Notes under the pieces: generated by a model
What the model saw: the letters and a program-made list of their open reading frames with translations, nothing else
The model's database searches: none
What the model was told of the DNA's origin: nothing
Shown here: positions 17,546 to 27,064 of the stretch, piece after piece
Position numbering within the stretch: position 1 is the stretch's first letter
Layout of the letters: each line of letters begins with the position of its first letter
Position numbers and translations under genes: made by a program
Origin: an uncultured Ruminococcus sp.
GTDB taxonomy: Bacteria; Bacillota; Clostridia; Oscillospirales; CAG-272
DNA: 64,000 nucleotides
Direction: 5' to 3'
Assembly (NCBI GenBank): GCA_902779285.1
Contig: CACZAZ010000006.1
Location: 7,705-71,704 of the forward strand

Positions 17546-17988
17546 CCGAACGGGACGCCAAACAAAAAGAGAAAAAGAAGTTCCGGCTTTCGGAAAAGTT
17601 CGGGGGGCTCCCCGTGATCTTGCTCGCCGTCGCGGGGATCCTGCTTCTGTTTTCGGGGGGCGGACCGTTCGGCGGGGGGAGCAAAAAAGAAAGCGCCGAA
17701 AGCGACCCGACCGCCTACCGTCTCGCGCTCGAAAACGAGCTGGCGGCGCTCTGTTCCGAGGTCAGGGGGGTCGGGCGGGTCAGCGTGATGATCACCCTGA
17801 AAGAGGGCAAGCGGACCGATTATTCCGGGTCGAAGGTCTCGTCGGTCTCGCCCCCGTCGGTCCTCGGGGCTGCGATCGTCTGCGACGGCGGGGGGAACGC
17901 CGAAACGAGAGCCGAACTGACGCGTCTTGTCGCGGGGTTGCTCGGGATCGGGTCGAACCGGATCACGGTGGCGGAGCGGCGCCCGTAA
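17542..17988 (+). CDS. spoIIIAG: stage III sporulation protein AG
   Basis: ATGA overlap with spoIIIAF. One TM helix, then GVGRVSVMITLKEG...AAIVCDGGGNAETRAELTRLVAGLLGIGSNRITV, a ring-forming-domain-like sequence. Confidence 0.85.
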   Translation: MTERDAKQKEKKKFRLSEKFGGLPVILLAVAGILLLFSGGGPFGGGSKKESAESDPTAYRLALENELAALCSEVRGVGRVSVMITLKEGKRTDYSGSKVSSVSPPSVLGAAIVCDGGGNAETRAELTRLVAGLLGIGSNRITVAERRP

Positions 17989-18048
17989 CGCATACCGGGC
18001 GAAATTTGCGCATAGAATGAAACAAAAAAACTGATGGGGGGCAACACG

Positions 18049-18603
18049 ATGGCAAAACTTCACGGCGTCAAGCGGTTTTTCGGAAAGGTGGGAAAGCGGA
18101 ACTGGATCATCCTCTCGGCGGTGCTTCTGATCGGGGCGGCGGTCTACCTGAACTACCTGTGGTTCTACGATCCCGCCGACTCGATCGGGTACGGGGACAA
18201 CAACACGGTGGAGGCGGGGGCAAACGCGGGAGACGCGGCGGCGGCGGCGGGAGACGCGGACTACTTCACGGCGGCGGAACTCTCGCGCAAGCAGACCCGC
18301 GACGAGGCGATCGAGGTCCTGCAGTCGGTCGTGCGCGATACCGACGAGAGTTCGGCGGAACACGCCTCCGCGCTCTCGGGCATCTCGGAGATCGCCGTCA
18401 ATATGGAGCGCGAGGCGAACATCGAGAGTTTGGTCGAGGCGAAGGGGTTTTCTCCCTGCGTCGCGGTGGTGAACGGCGACCGCGCCAGCATCGTGGTCTC
18501 GCACGGGGAGGAACTGAACAGCGCGGATAACGCCCGGATCTGCACCATCGTCTACGAGCAGACCGGGATCCTGCCGCAAAACGTGACGATCATCCGCAAA
18601 TAA
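18049..18603 (+). CDS. spoIIIAH: stage III sporulation protein AH
   Basis: GGGGGG RBS 7 nt before the ATG at 18049 (the tracked ORF starts at 18034). One TM helix. C-terminal EANIESLVEAKGF...VAVVNGDRASIVV motif. Confidence 0.85.
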   Translation: MAKLHGVKRFFGKVGKRNWIILSAVLLIGAAVYLNYLWFYDPADSIGYGDNNTVEAGANAGDAAAAAGDADYFTAAELSRKQTRDEAIEVLQSVVRDTDESSAEHASALSGISEIAVNMEREANIESLVEAKGFSPCVAVVNGDRASIVVSHGEELNSADNARICTIVYEQTGILPQNVTIIRK

Positions 18604-18626
18604 AGCGAAAATCGCCCGCAAAACGA

Positions 18627-18655
18627 TTGACAGACGGCTCTCCTTCTGCTATAAT
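18627..18655 (+). promoter_or_regulatory. sigma-A consensus promoter for asd
   Basis: TTGACA (18627-18632), 17-nt spacer, TATAAT (18650-18655). Confidence 0.75.
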
Positions 18656-18691
18656 ACGATATAATGTTTTCTCTTTGAAGGAGTGTTCGCC

Positions 18692-19774
18692 ATGCAGAAA
18701 CTCAAAGCGGGCGTCGTCGGCGCGACCGGTATGGTGGGTCAGCGGTTCGTCACCCTGCTCGAAGATCACCCGTATTTTGAACTGACGGCTCTTGTCGCCA
18801 GCCCCCGTTCCGCGGGAAAGACCTATCGCGAGGCGGTGGGCGAGCGCTGGAAGATGAAGACCCCGATGCCGGACTCGGTCGCGGATATGACCGTCCTGTC
18901 GTCGGAGGATATCGAAACGATCGGCTCGCTTGTCGACTTCGTTTTCTGCGCCGTCGATATGAAAAAAGAGGAGATCAAAGCGCTTGAGGAACGCTACGCC
19001 CGCGCCGAGATCCCCGTGGTCTCGAACAACTCCGCCAACCGCTGGACGCCCGACGTCCCGATGGTGATCCCCGAGATCAACGACGCGCATCTTGCGGTGA
19101 TCGGATCGCAGAGAAAACGGCTCGGCACCAAGCGCGGCTTTATCGCCGTCAAGCCCAACTGCTCGATCCAGAGTTACGTCCCCGCCCTGACCCCGCTTCT
19201 TCCCTACGGTATCAAACGGGTGGTCGCCACGACCTACCAGGCGATCAGCGGCGCGGGCAAGACCTTCCGCGAGTGGCCGGAGATGATCGACAACGTCATC
19301 CCCTACATCGGCGGCGAGGAGGAGAAGAGCGAGCAGGAGCCCCTGCGCGTCTGGGGCCGCGTTGAAAACGGCGTGATCGTCAAAGCCGACGCCCCGCTCA
19401 TCACGACCCAATGCATCCGCGTCCCGGTCTCCGACGGACACACCGCCGCGGTCTTCGTCGATTTCGAGCGGAAACCGTCAAAAGAGGAGATCCTCGAGGC
19501 GTGGCGTAACTTCAAGGGCAAACCGCAGACCCTCGGGCTGCCGAGCGCGCCCGCGCAGTTCATCACCTATTTTGAAGAAGACAACCGCCCGCAGGCGGCG
19601 CTCGACCGCGATCTCTACCACGGGATGGGCGTCTCGGTCGGACGGCTGCGCGAAGATACCCTCTTCGACTACAAGTTCGTCGGGCTCTCGCACAACACCC
19701 TCCGCGGCGCCGCGGGCGGCGCGGTGCTGATCGCGGAACTGCTCTACCGCGAGGGTTATCTGACCGCGAAATAA
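18692..19774 (+). CDS. asd: aspartate-semialdehyde dehydrogenase
   Basis: KAGVVGATGMVGQRF NAD-binding motif, NCSIQ active-site Cys region, and full-length colinearity with Asd as I recall it. Confidence 0.93.
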   Translation: MQKLKAGVVGATGMVGQRFVTLLEDHPYFELTALVASPRSAGKTYREAVGERWKMKTPMPDSVADMTVLSSEDIETIGSLVDFVFCAVDMKKEEIKALEERYARAEIPVVSNNSANRWTPDVPMVIPEINDAHLAVIGSQRKRLGTKRGFIAVKPNCSIQSYVPALTPLLPYGIKRVVATTYQAISGAGKTFREWPEMIDNVIPYIGGEEEKSEQEPLRVWGRVENGVIVKADAPLITTQCIRVPVSDGHTAAVFVDFERKPSKEEILEAWRNFKGKPQTLGLPSAPAQFITYFEEDNRPQAALDRDLYHGMGVSVGRLREDTLFDYKFVGLSHNTLRGAAGGAVLIAELLYREGYLTAK

Positions 19775-19798
19775 TACGATCAAAGACGCCAAAAAAAC

Positions 19799-19834
19799 GA
19801 TCCTTCCCTCTCGCATAAGGGGGAAGGATCTTTT
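19799..19834. terminator. bidirectional rho-independent terminator
   Basis: GATCCTTCCC (19799-19808) pairs with GGGAAGGATC (19821-19830), then TTTT. An A-run lies upstream. It sits between convergent genes. Confidence 0.8.
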
Positions 19835-19849
19835 ATACTTTTTCGGCGG

Positions 19850-20806
19850 TCAACCGCGGGCGGCGTACGCGCCGGTCATCATCGCGGTCAGCCGCACCGC
19901 CTCGTCGATCCCGCAGCCGGGAAGGACGTTGCGGTCAATAAACTGTTCCAGCGGAGTTGGCTGCGACGGGACGCGCGGGATCTCGACGAACTTGCCGCTT
20001 TTGGGATCGGTCATGGTCAAAACCGTATCGTTCCAGATCAGAGTGCCTTCGGTCCCGCTGATCTCGAGTGACTTCAGAAATCCGGCGGTGACGAACCCGG
20101 TCTCGTTCGACGCGATGCACCCGTTCTTCCAGGTCATCACCGTCACGGCGTTGTCCTCGACGGGGTGCGCGGGATCGGGCTGTACTTCGGGATAGGCGCA
20201 GGTAAAGGTCGAGCGAAACGAATCGGGCGTCCCGAGCAGCGCCGCGATCAGGTACATCCCGTGCGCGCCGAGGTCCATCATCGCCCCGCCGCCGCATTCC
20301 GCCCTCGAGTAGAACGCCGGGGGCAGCCACCCGCCGCTCGATCCGCTGTGACAGTTCTTGAATCGGACCGACGTGACCCTGCCGAGTTTTCCCTCTTCGA
20401 CCAGCGTGAGCGCCGTCCGCATCCAGGAACGATAAAGATAGGGGAACGAGATGACGAACGAGATCCCCGCTTTCTTCACGGCGCGGGCGATCGTCTCCGC
20501 CTCTTCGTCGGTCGCGGCGAGCACCTTTTCGGTGAAGACGTCCTTCCCCGCCTCCGCGAGCTTGGTCAGCACCCGCAGATGGTCGGAGGTCGCCGTGCAA
20601 ACGATCACCCCGTCGGCGTCGGAGGCAAGCAGTTCTTCTTCCGACGCAAACGCGGGCAGCGAGCATTTTGCGGCGATCTTATCCCGTCTTTCGGGGTCCT
20701 CGTCCCATATGCCGACGACCGTCGCCCCCGCCTCTGCTGCGGCGGAAAGATACTTCTCGGCGTGGACGTGCCACGCGCCCCAAAGAGCAAGCTTTCGCTT
20801 TGCCAT
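19850..20806 (-). CDS. Gfo/Idh/MocA family oxidoreductase
   Basis: 318 aa. N-terminal Rossmann-type segment and the fold layout typical of the family. Abuts the upstream paralogous-family gene with a 1-nt gap. Confidence 0.8.
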   Translation of the reverse strand: MAKRKLALWGAWHVHAEKYLSAAAEAGATVVGIWDEDPERRDKIAAKCSLPAFASEEELLASDADGVIVCTATSDHLRVLTKLAEAGKDVFTEKVLAATDEEAETIARAVKKAGISFVISFPYLYRSWMRTALTLVEEGKLGRVTSVRFKNCHSGSSGGWLPPAFYSRAECGGGAMMDLGAHGMYLIAALLGTPDSFRSTFTCAYPEVQPDPAHPVEDNAVTVMTWKNGCIASNETGFVTAGFLKSLEISGTEGTLIWNDTVLTMTDPKSGKFVEIPRVPSQPTPLEQFIDRNVLPGCGIDEAVRLTAMMTGAYAARG

Positions 20807-20807
20807 C

Positions 20808-21893
20808 TCAATCGAACACGACCGGCTTTCCGGTCTTCGACGAAACGTAGATCGCCTCGAGGATCTCGGAGACCACCAGCGCCTGCTCGGGCAGAACGAC
20901 GGGATCCGTATCCTCGACGATCGCCTTGATCCAGTTTTTCGCCTCGGTTTCCGCCGGGGTGACCTTCGCCCCGTCGTAGAAGGCGACGCCGCCCGCGGAG
21001 ACGTCCACTTCCTCCTTCACCTGGCGGTCCAGCTCGACCCGGTTGATGACGAGGTTGTTGTTCTTGATCTGCAGCCCCGCGCGGCTCCCGCAGAGGACGC
21101 AGCTCCCCTCCTGCACCGGCTCGATCGTGTTGAGCGCCCAGGAGGTCTCGAGCAGGATGGTCGCGCCGTTCTTCATCACGATCATGGCGCACGCCGCCTC
21201 TTCGAGCGGAGTGGTGCTGACGCCGTTGTCGCCCCAGATGTTGCCCGCCTCGGGATGCTCGAGCTTTTTGTGGGTCTTGCCGAGCACCATCTTGGGCTCG
21301 TAGTTGTTCATCAGGTAGAGCGTCAGGTCGAGCGAATGGGTCGCGATGTCGATGATCGGACCGCCTCCCTGCTCTTCCTCGTTGAGGAAAACGCCCCAGT
21401 TCGGGGTCCCGCGGCGGCGGATCGCAAGGCAATTCGCGTAGTAGATCTCACCGAGCGCCCCCGTCTCAATGTACTGCTTGGCGTACCGGCTCTGCGGTTT
21501 CTGACGGTGCTGGTATCCGATGGTCAACTTCTTTCCCGTCTTTTTCGCCGCTTCGACCATCCGGCGGGCGTCGGCGGCGGTCTTCGCCATCGGCTTCTCG
21601 CACATGACGTGCTTGCCGGCGTAGAGCGCGTCGACCGTGATATCGGCGTGCTCGCGATTCGGGGTCAGGACGTGGACCACCTCGACGTCGGGATTCTTCA
21701 GCAGTTCGCGGTAATCGGTATAAACCTTCGCGTCGGGCTCGCCGTACTCCCGCGCCGCCTTCTCCGCCCGCTCGGGAATAAGGTCGCAGAACGCGATCAT
21801 TTTTACGTTCGGGATCTTTTTGAGCGCGGGCATGTGCTTGCCGTTCGCGATCCCTCCGCATCCGATAATACCGATCTTGACGATACGATCCAT
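20808..21893 (-). CDS. Gfo/Idh/MocA family oxidoreductase
   Basis: MDRIVKIGIIGCGGIANGKHMPAL and EKPMA motifs. The ATG at 21893 was chosen over the tracked start at 21983. Confidence 0.85.
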   Translation of the reverse strand: MDRIVKIGIIGCGGIANGKHMPALKKIPNVKMIAFCDLIPERAEKAAREYGEPDAKVYTDYRELLKNPDVEVVHVLTPNREHADITVDALYAGKHVMCEKPMAKTAADARRMVEAAKKTGKKLTIGYQHRQKPQSRYAKQYIETGALGEIYYANCLAIRRRGTPNWGVFLNEEEQGGGPIIDIATHSLDLTLYLMNNYEPKMVLGKTHKKLEHPEAGNIWGDNGVSTTPLEEAACAMIVMKNGATILLETSWALNTIEPVQEGSCVLCGSRAGLQIKNNNLVINRVELDRQVKEEVDVSAGGVAFYDGAKVTPAETEAKNWIKAIVEDTDPVVLPEQALVVSEILEAIYVSSKTGKPVVFD

Positions 21894-22003
21894 GGTATTT
21901 TCTCCTTTGACAAAATTATTTTCAAGAAAAGCATAGCATTTTTCAAGCGAATATGCTATCATTAATTTGTCGGAATGTATCAATTTTTTGTCATAGGTGA
22001 AAA

Positions 22004-22882
22004 ATGGAACGCTATTATACAGAAAAAGAAAACCGCGCCCTGAAGGGAGTGGGGATCGAAGTGTTCTACCAGACGAACGGTCCGCGCGTCGTTTCCGCGC
22101 GGGCGCATATCCATTCCTCGACCGAACTGCTCTGGATCGAGCGGGGGACCTATCGGATCTCCCTCGACGGGCGCGCCTACGACGCGAAGGCGGGGGATCT
22201 GGTCCTGCTCCGTCCCTTCACCATCCACCACGCGACGACGGGCGACGAGCCCGAGAACGCCTACCACGTCATCAAGATCCGCTCCTCGTTTCTGCAGGAG
22301 TTCTCGACCGGCGAGGCGTTCGGGGAGTCGCTTGCCGAGCTGACCCTGTGCCGCGACGACTCGAAAGTGGTCTGGACGGCGCGGGAGGTCGAGGAAGCGG
22401 GGTTGCTCCCGGCGCTGACCGATTTCGTCGCGGAGGAGACGCCCCGTCCCTTCCGGGAAATGGGGCTACGGATCGGGGCGGGACGGCTGCTGCTCCTGCT
22501 GCTCCGGGACCTGTCCGCCCGGCGCCCCGCGGGGGAACTGCCGACGACGCCTCCCGGATCCATCCTGAAGATCTACTCCGCCCTGCTTTTGATCAACCGC
22601 CGGTACGTCGAGGATCTGACCGAGGAATCCTGCGCCGCGGAGATCGGCTTCAGCCGCTGCTATTTTTCGCGGCTGTTCCGGCGGGTCGTCGGGGTGGGTT
22701 TCAAACAGTACCTGACCGGCACCCGCCTGCGCAGAGCGGAAAAAGAACTGCTCACCACCGACCGCCCCGTCGGTGAGATCGCGGCTGCGGTCGGGTTCAA
22801 CAGCGTCGCCTACTTCATCTCCTGCTTCCGCGAAAAGAACAAAGTCTCCCCGACCGCCTACCGCCGCGCCGCCCGCGCATAA
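22004..22882 (+). CDS. AraC family transcriptional regulator (cupin + HTH)
   Basis: C-terminal AAEIGFSRCYFSRLFRR...GFNSVAYFISCFREK dual-HTH signature. Divergent from the oxidoreductase pair. Confidence 0.9.
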   Translation: MERYYTEKENRALKGVGIEVFYQTNGPRVVSARAHIHSSTELLWIERGTYRISLDGRAYDAKAGDLVLLRPFTIHHATTGDEPENAYHVIKIRSSFLQEFSTGEAFGESLAELTLCRDDSKVVWTAREVEEAGLLPALTDFVAEETPRPFREMGLRIGAGRLLLLLLRDLSARRPAGELPTTPPGSILKIYSALLLINRRYVEDLTEESCAAEIGFSRCYFSRLFRRVVGVGFKQYLTGTRLRRAEKELLTTDRPVGEIAAAVGFNSVAYFISCFREKNKVSPTAYRRAARA

Positions 22883-22911
22883 CGGGAGAGTTCCCCTGCA
22901 AACCGAAACCG

Positions 22912-22942
22912 ACCCCCGCCGGATTCTCCGCGGGGGTTTTTT
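22912..22942 (+). terminator. rho-independent terminator
   Basis: ACCCCCGC (22912-22919) pairs with GCGGGGGT (22930-22937), then TTTTT. Confidence 0.8.
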
Positions 22943-23116
22943 GTTGATCCGGCTCCGTTTTTTGTATATTTTCGTGCAAATCGGAGCGTTCTGCAAAATT
23001 TCTTTGTACTTTTTTACGAAATCCTCTTCCCTTTTTCTTCGGTTTATGGTATCATATAATTGAACCGGGAAACCGGTTGCCTCCCGGTTCAAAGAATCGA
23101 AAGGATGGAACAAGGG

Positions 23117-23644
23117 ATGAAAATCGTTTGCAGCGGAAGACAAATGAGCGTGCGAGACGATCTCCGGGAACTGGCGAGCAAGAAACTGTCGGCTCTGAAC
23201 AAGTACTTCTCGGACGACGTGACGGCGAACGTGACCTTCAAGGTCCGGCGCGACACCGAGATCATCGAGGTCACGATCGGTATGGGGAATACGCTCTTCC
23301 GCTCCGAAGAGGGCGCGGACACGTTCCGCACCGCCCTCGATAAAGCCGTCGACACCCTGGAAAGACAGATCAGAAGGAACAAGACCCGCCTGCAAAAGCG
23401 GATCCGCGAAGGGGCGTTTGCAGAGCCCGCCGACTTCCCCGAGGGACCCGACTACGAGGAGGAGCCCGAGTTCTCGATCCGCACCAAGACCTACCCCGTC
23501 CGCCCGATGTCGGTCGAGGAGGCGATCCTGCAGATGAACCTGCTCGAACACCAGTTCTTCGTCTTCGTCGACGACGTGGATCAGGAGACCCGCGTGGTTT
23601 ACAGAAGAAAGGACGGCGGATACGGGCTGATCATACCCGAATAA
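23117..23644 (+). CDS. hpf: ribosome hibernation promoting factor, long form
   Basis: N-terminal sigma-54-modulation/YfiA-like domain and C-terminal dimerisation domain (VRPMSVEEAILQMNLLEHQFFVFV...VVYRRKDGGYGLI). Confidence 0.9.
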   Translation: MKIVCSGRQMSVRDDLRELASKKLSALNKYFSDDVTANVTFKVRRDTEIIEVTIGMGNTLFRSEEGADTFRTALDKAVDTLERQIRRNKTRLQKRIREGAFAEPADFPEGPDYEEEPEFSIRTKTYPVRPMSVEEAILQMNLLEHQFFVFVDDVDQETRVVYRRKDGGYGLIIPE

Positions 23645-23947
23645 CGGCGAGATCCGTTCTCTATGCGAGACCGGGGAGAATCGGGAGAGATCCCGTCTCC
23701 CCGGTCTCTCTTTTTCAAAAGGACGGAAGCCCGTCGTCGGGCGGTATCGCTCTTTTTTCCCCGTGACAAAAAATTGATATATTCAGACAAAAAAATGATA
23801 GCAAAAAAATGTGGAAAATGGTATCATTTTATTGTAGATATTTATTTAAAAGAGACAAATCGCGCGGGTCGGACGGAGACGCCTTCGTTTCCCCCCGAAC
23901 GGAAAAAAGGGCAAAGAGACCGGCGAAAAAAAGAAAGGGTCAAACGT

Positions 23948-25657
23948 ATGAAGAAACTCATCAGCGTTCTTTTGCTTCTCGCGATGCTCGCGATCTCCCT
24001 CGCCTCCTGCGGCAAAAAGGAGACGGTGACGACGACGGCGTCGGGAACCGATTCCGCGACCACCGCGCCCGACACCACCGTCGAGGAAACGACGGCGGAA
24101 GCGACCACCGACGAAAAGTGGGAAACCATCGCGTCCAGGATCTCGATCATCCAGGAGAAAGACCGTACGCTCCGGATCGAACTCAGTAAACACAGCGACG
24201 CCGAAAAGACCTCGAAGAACGACAAGTACGTGGTCGGTCCCGACGAAATCGTTCCCGGCACGACTCCGGTCATCGAGCAGATGGTTTACGAGCGCAACAA
24301 GGCGGCGTTCGATCTGCTCCGGGTCAAGATCGAAGAATACCTCTACTGGGACTACGATTGGAGCAAGCAGGCGGAGAAGATCAAGACGGTGGTCCAGGGC
24401 AACGCGAACGACGCGCCCGATCTGTTCGTCAACATGATCTCCGACCTCAATATGGCGACCCTCAACGGCGTGTTCAAGGATACCTGGTCGATCCCGAACG
24501 CCTACTTCGATTTTGAGGCGCAGGGCTGGATGACCGATTACATGAACAGTCTGTCGCTGACCGGCGACCGCAGCTACATCCTCGCCGGCGACTATTTCCT
24601 CGACGTTCTGCGCGCAATGGGCGTGATCCCCGTCAATATTACGATGATGGACAAGAACGCCGCGAAACTCGCGCCCGCGATCATAGGAGAGAACGAGACG
24701 ATCGGGGCAGGCGAGGAACTCTCGGCGCGCTTCTTCGACTTCGTCGAGGAGGGCAAGTGGACCTGGGACGTCCTCGGCAAACTCTGCGAGGCGATCTGGG
24801 TGGACGAGAACGGAGACGGACAGGACTCGATCACCGACGTTCTCGGTATCGTGACCGACAACTTCGGCGGGCTGGCGCACGAAATGTACATCTTCTCCGC
24901 GTCCGAGGACGACCTCTTTGAGGTGAGAACGATCGAGGACGAGAGCAGCAATTACAACGGTAAGGATTGGATCTACTACTCGCAGGATTCGACCGCGCTC
25001 GGCAGGATCTTCGACGCCGTCGCTGCCGTCCACACCGGCAAGGGATCCGTGATCACCACCGGCAACTTTCAGGCGAACACCGCCGAAAAACCCGGCGCCG
25101 CCTACCACCGGATGAAGTTTGCGGAGGGCTCGATGCTCACCGCCGGCACCGTCGTTCTCGGCGCGCTCGAGGACGAATCGTTCCAGCAGATGGAGGATAT
25201 CTTCACGGTCGTTCCGCTCCCCAAGATCAGCGTAGATAAGCACTACAACACGTGCATCCACACCATCGGCGACGCGGGTGCGATCAACGTCAACGTCAAC
25301 CCCCGTAAAGCAAGGGTCCTTTCTGCGTTCCTGCAGTACAACTGCGAGCATTCCGCCGAGATCCGCCGCGAGTTCCTCGAGATCGTGATGAAGTACAAGA
25401 CCACGGTCTACAACCAGGGCACCGACCGGATGCTCGACATCATCTACAACAGCGTCATCACCGGGCGCGACAAGATGATCGAGGATTGCATCGGCGGCAA
25501 CAACCGCTTCGCCATCATTATGCGGAGCGGCAACTGCGAAGTGACGTCGAGCGACCTCGCCAGCCAGTATCAGGCAGTCGTCACCTCAAAGCAGACGGCG
25601 CTGGACGGCATCATCCGCACCTGGTACACGCTGCCGAAGGTGGAGCCCGCCGAATAA
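23948..25657 (+). CDS. SBP-like lipoprotein, third paralog
   Basis: ATG at 23948. Signal peptide with lipobox SLASC. Colinear with the 1279-3006 product (WVDENGDGQDSITDVLGI, YNQGTDRML, RTWYTLPK). Confidence 0.8.
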   Translation: MKKLISVLLLLAMLAISLASCGKKETVTTTASGTDSATTAPDTTVEETTAEATTDEKWETIASRISIIQEKDRTLRIELSKHSDAEKTSKNDKYVVGPDEIVPGTTPVIEQMVYERNKAAFDLLRVKIEEYLYWDYDWSKQAEKIKTVVQGNANDAPDLFVNMISDLNMATLNGVFKDTWSIPNAYFDFEAQGWMTDYMNSLSLTGDRSYILAGDYFLDVLRAMGVIPVNITMMDKNAAKLAPAIIGENETIGAGEELSARFFDFVEEGKWTWDVLGKLCEAIWVDENGDGQDSITDVLGIVTDNFGGLAHEMYIFSASEDDLFEVRTIEDESSNYNGKDWIYYSQDSTALGRIFDAVAAVHTGKGSVITTGNFQANTAEKPGAAYHRMKFAEGSMLTAGTVVLGALEDESFQQMEDIFTVVPLPKISVDKHYNTCIHTIGDAGAINVNVNPRKARVLSAFLQYNCEHSAEIRREFLEIVMKYKTTVYNQGTDRMLDIIYNSVITGRDKMIEDCIGGNNRFAIIMRSGNCEVTSSDLASQYQAVVTSKQTALDGIIRTWYTLPKVEPAE

Positions 25658-25709
25658 AGGGTTTTGCAAACCGAAAAAACGGCGGGGGTAACCCCGCCGA
25701 AGGAGAATC

Positions 25710-27029
25710 ATGCAACTGTTTCACTCTGAAAAATGCGCCTGCGGAAAGATCCACGACGCCGGATTCGACCGAATGAACGTCGGATCCGGCGCCGTCAATA
25801 CGGTCGCCCGCGAAGTGATCCGCCTCGGCGGGACGCGGGTGTATCTTCTGTGTGACGAGAACACGGTAAAGGTCGGGGGCGAGCGGGTCGCAAAATTGCT
25901 TGCCGCCGCCGGGATCCCGGTCAAGTCCTGCGTGCTCCCCGCCTCCGTCGAGCCCGACGAAGCGGGCGTCCTCGCGGCGAAGGGACGTTTTGATCCCGCC
26001 TGCGACCTTGTCCTCGCGGTGGGCTCCGGGGTCGTGAACGATATCGGCAAGTGCGTGGCGTTCGACGCGGGCGTACCCTACGTCGTCGTCGCGACCGCCC
26101 CCTCGATGGACGGCTACGCGTCAAATTCGGCGGCGATGGTCGTCGGCGGGCTCAAGGTCTCGCTTCCCCGCCGATGCGCCTCCGTCTTGATCGGAGACAC
26201 CGATCTGCTCGCGTCCGCCCCCGACGAGATGCTGATCGCGGGGCTCGGGGATATGATCGCCAAATACGTCAGCATCGCGGAATGGCGGATCTCGCATATC
26301 GTCACCGGCGAATACTACTGCGAACGGGTCGCCGCGGCAGTCCGCGAGGCGCTCGCGACGTGCGTGAAAAACGCGAAGGGTCTGCTCTCCCGCGATCCCG
26401 CCGCGATCGAGGCGGTGTTCGAGGGGCTGGTGCTTTCGGGCGCCGCGATGAACTACGCGGGTCTGTCCCGTCCGGCGTCGGGCATGGAACACTACTTCTC
26501 TCACATCTGGGATATGCGAGGGCTCGCCTTCGGGACCCCGGTCGCGCTCCACGGCATCCAATGCGCCGTCGGAACGCTCTATGCCGCCTCGGTCTACGAC
26601 GCGCTGCTCAAAGTCAATCCCGATAAGGACAAGGCGCTCCGGGCGGTCAGGGCGTTTGACCGCGACGAGTACTTCAGAGAACTCCGCGCCTTCGTCGGTC
26701 CCGGGGCGGACGCGATGATCGAGGCGGAAAACCGCGACGGCAAATACGACCCCGCAAAGCACGAAGCGCGGCTGTCGGTCATCCTCGACCGTTGGAACGA
26801 GATCCAAACGATCATCCGCGAGGAGATCCCCCGGGCGAAGGAGATCCGTTCCCTGCTCGCCTCCATCGGCGCTCCGACCACCCCCGAGGGGATCGGGCAA
26901 AAGCGTTCGGAGTTGCCCCTGACCTTCGCCGCGACCCGCGACGTCCGCGACAAGTACGTCCTCTCGCGCTTGATCTGGGATCTCGGGCTCACCGATCTTG
27001 CCAACGCCCGCCTGCTCCGCGAGAACTGA
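25710..27029 (+). CDS. sn-glycerol-1-phosphate dehydrogenase-like (AraM/EgsA family, iron-ADH fold)
   Basis: GSGVVNDIGKCVAF, ATAPSMDGYAS and MEHYFSHIWD motifs match my recollection of the G1PDH family. 439 aa. Confidence 0.6.
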   Translation: MQLFHSEKCACGKIHDAGFDRMNVGSGAVNTVAREVIRLGGTRVYLLCDENTVKVGGERVAKLLAAAGIPVKSCVLPASVEPDEAGVLAAKGRFDPACDLVLAVGSGVVNDIGKCVAFDAGVPYVVVATAPSMDGYASNSAAMVVGGLKVSLPRRCASVLIGDTDLLASAPDEMLIAGLGDMIAKYVSIAEWRISHIVTGEYYCERVAAAVREALATCVKNAKGLLSRDPAAIEAVFEGLVLSGAAMNYAGLSRPASGMEHYFSHIWDMRGLAFGTPVALHGIQCAVGTLYAASVYDALLKVNPDKDKALRAVRAFDRDEYFRELRAFVGPGADAMIEAENRDGKYDPAKHEARLSVILDRWNEIQTIIREEIPRAKEIRSLLASIGAPTTPEGIGQKRSELPLTFAATRDVRDKYVLSRLIWDLGLTDLANARLLREN

Positions 27030-27034
27030 AAACA

Positions 27035-27064
27035 CGCCGCCTGCCGGATAACCGGCAGGCGGCG
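27035..27064 (+). terminator. terminator-like hairpin after 25710-27029
   Basis: CGCCGCCTGCCGG, loop ataa, CCGGCAGGCGGCG. Perfect 13-bp stem with only a weak T tract (it runs into Array B). Confidence 0.6.
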
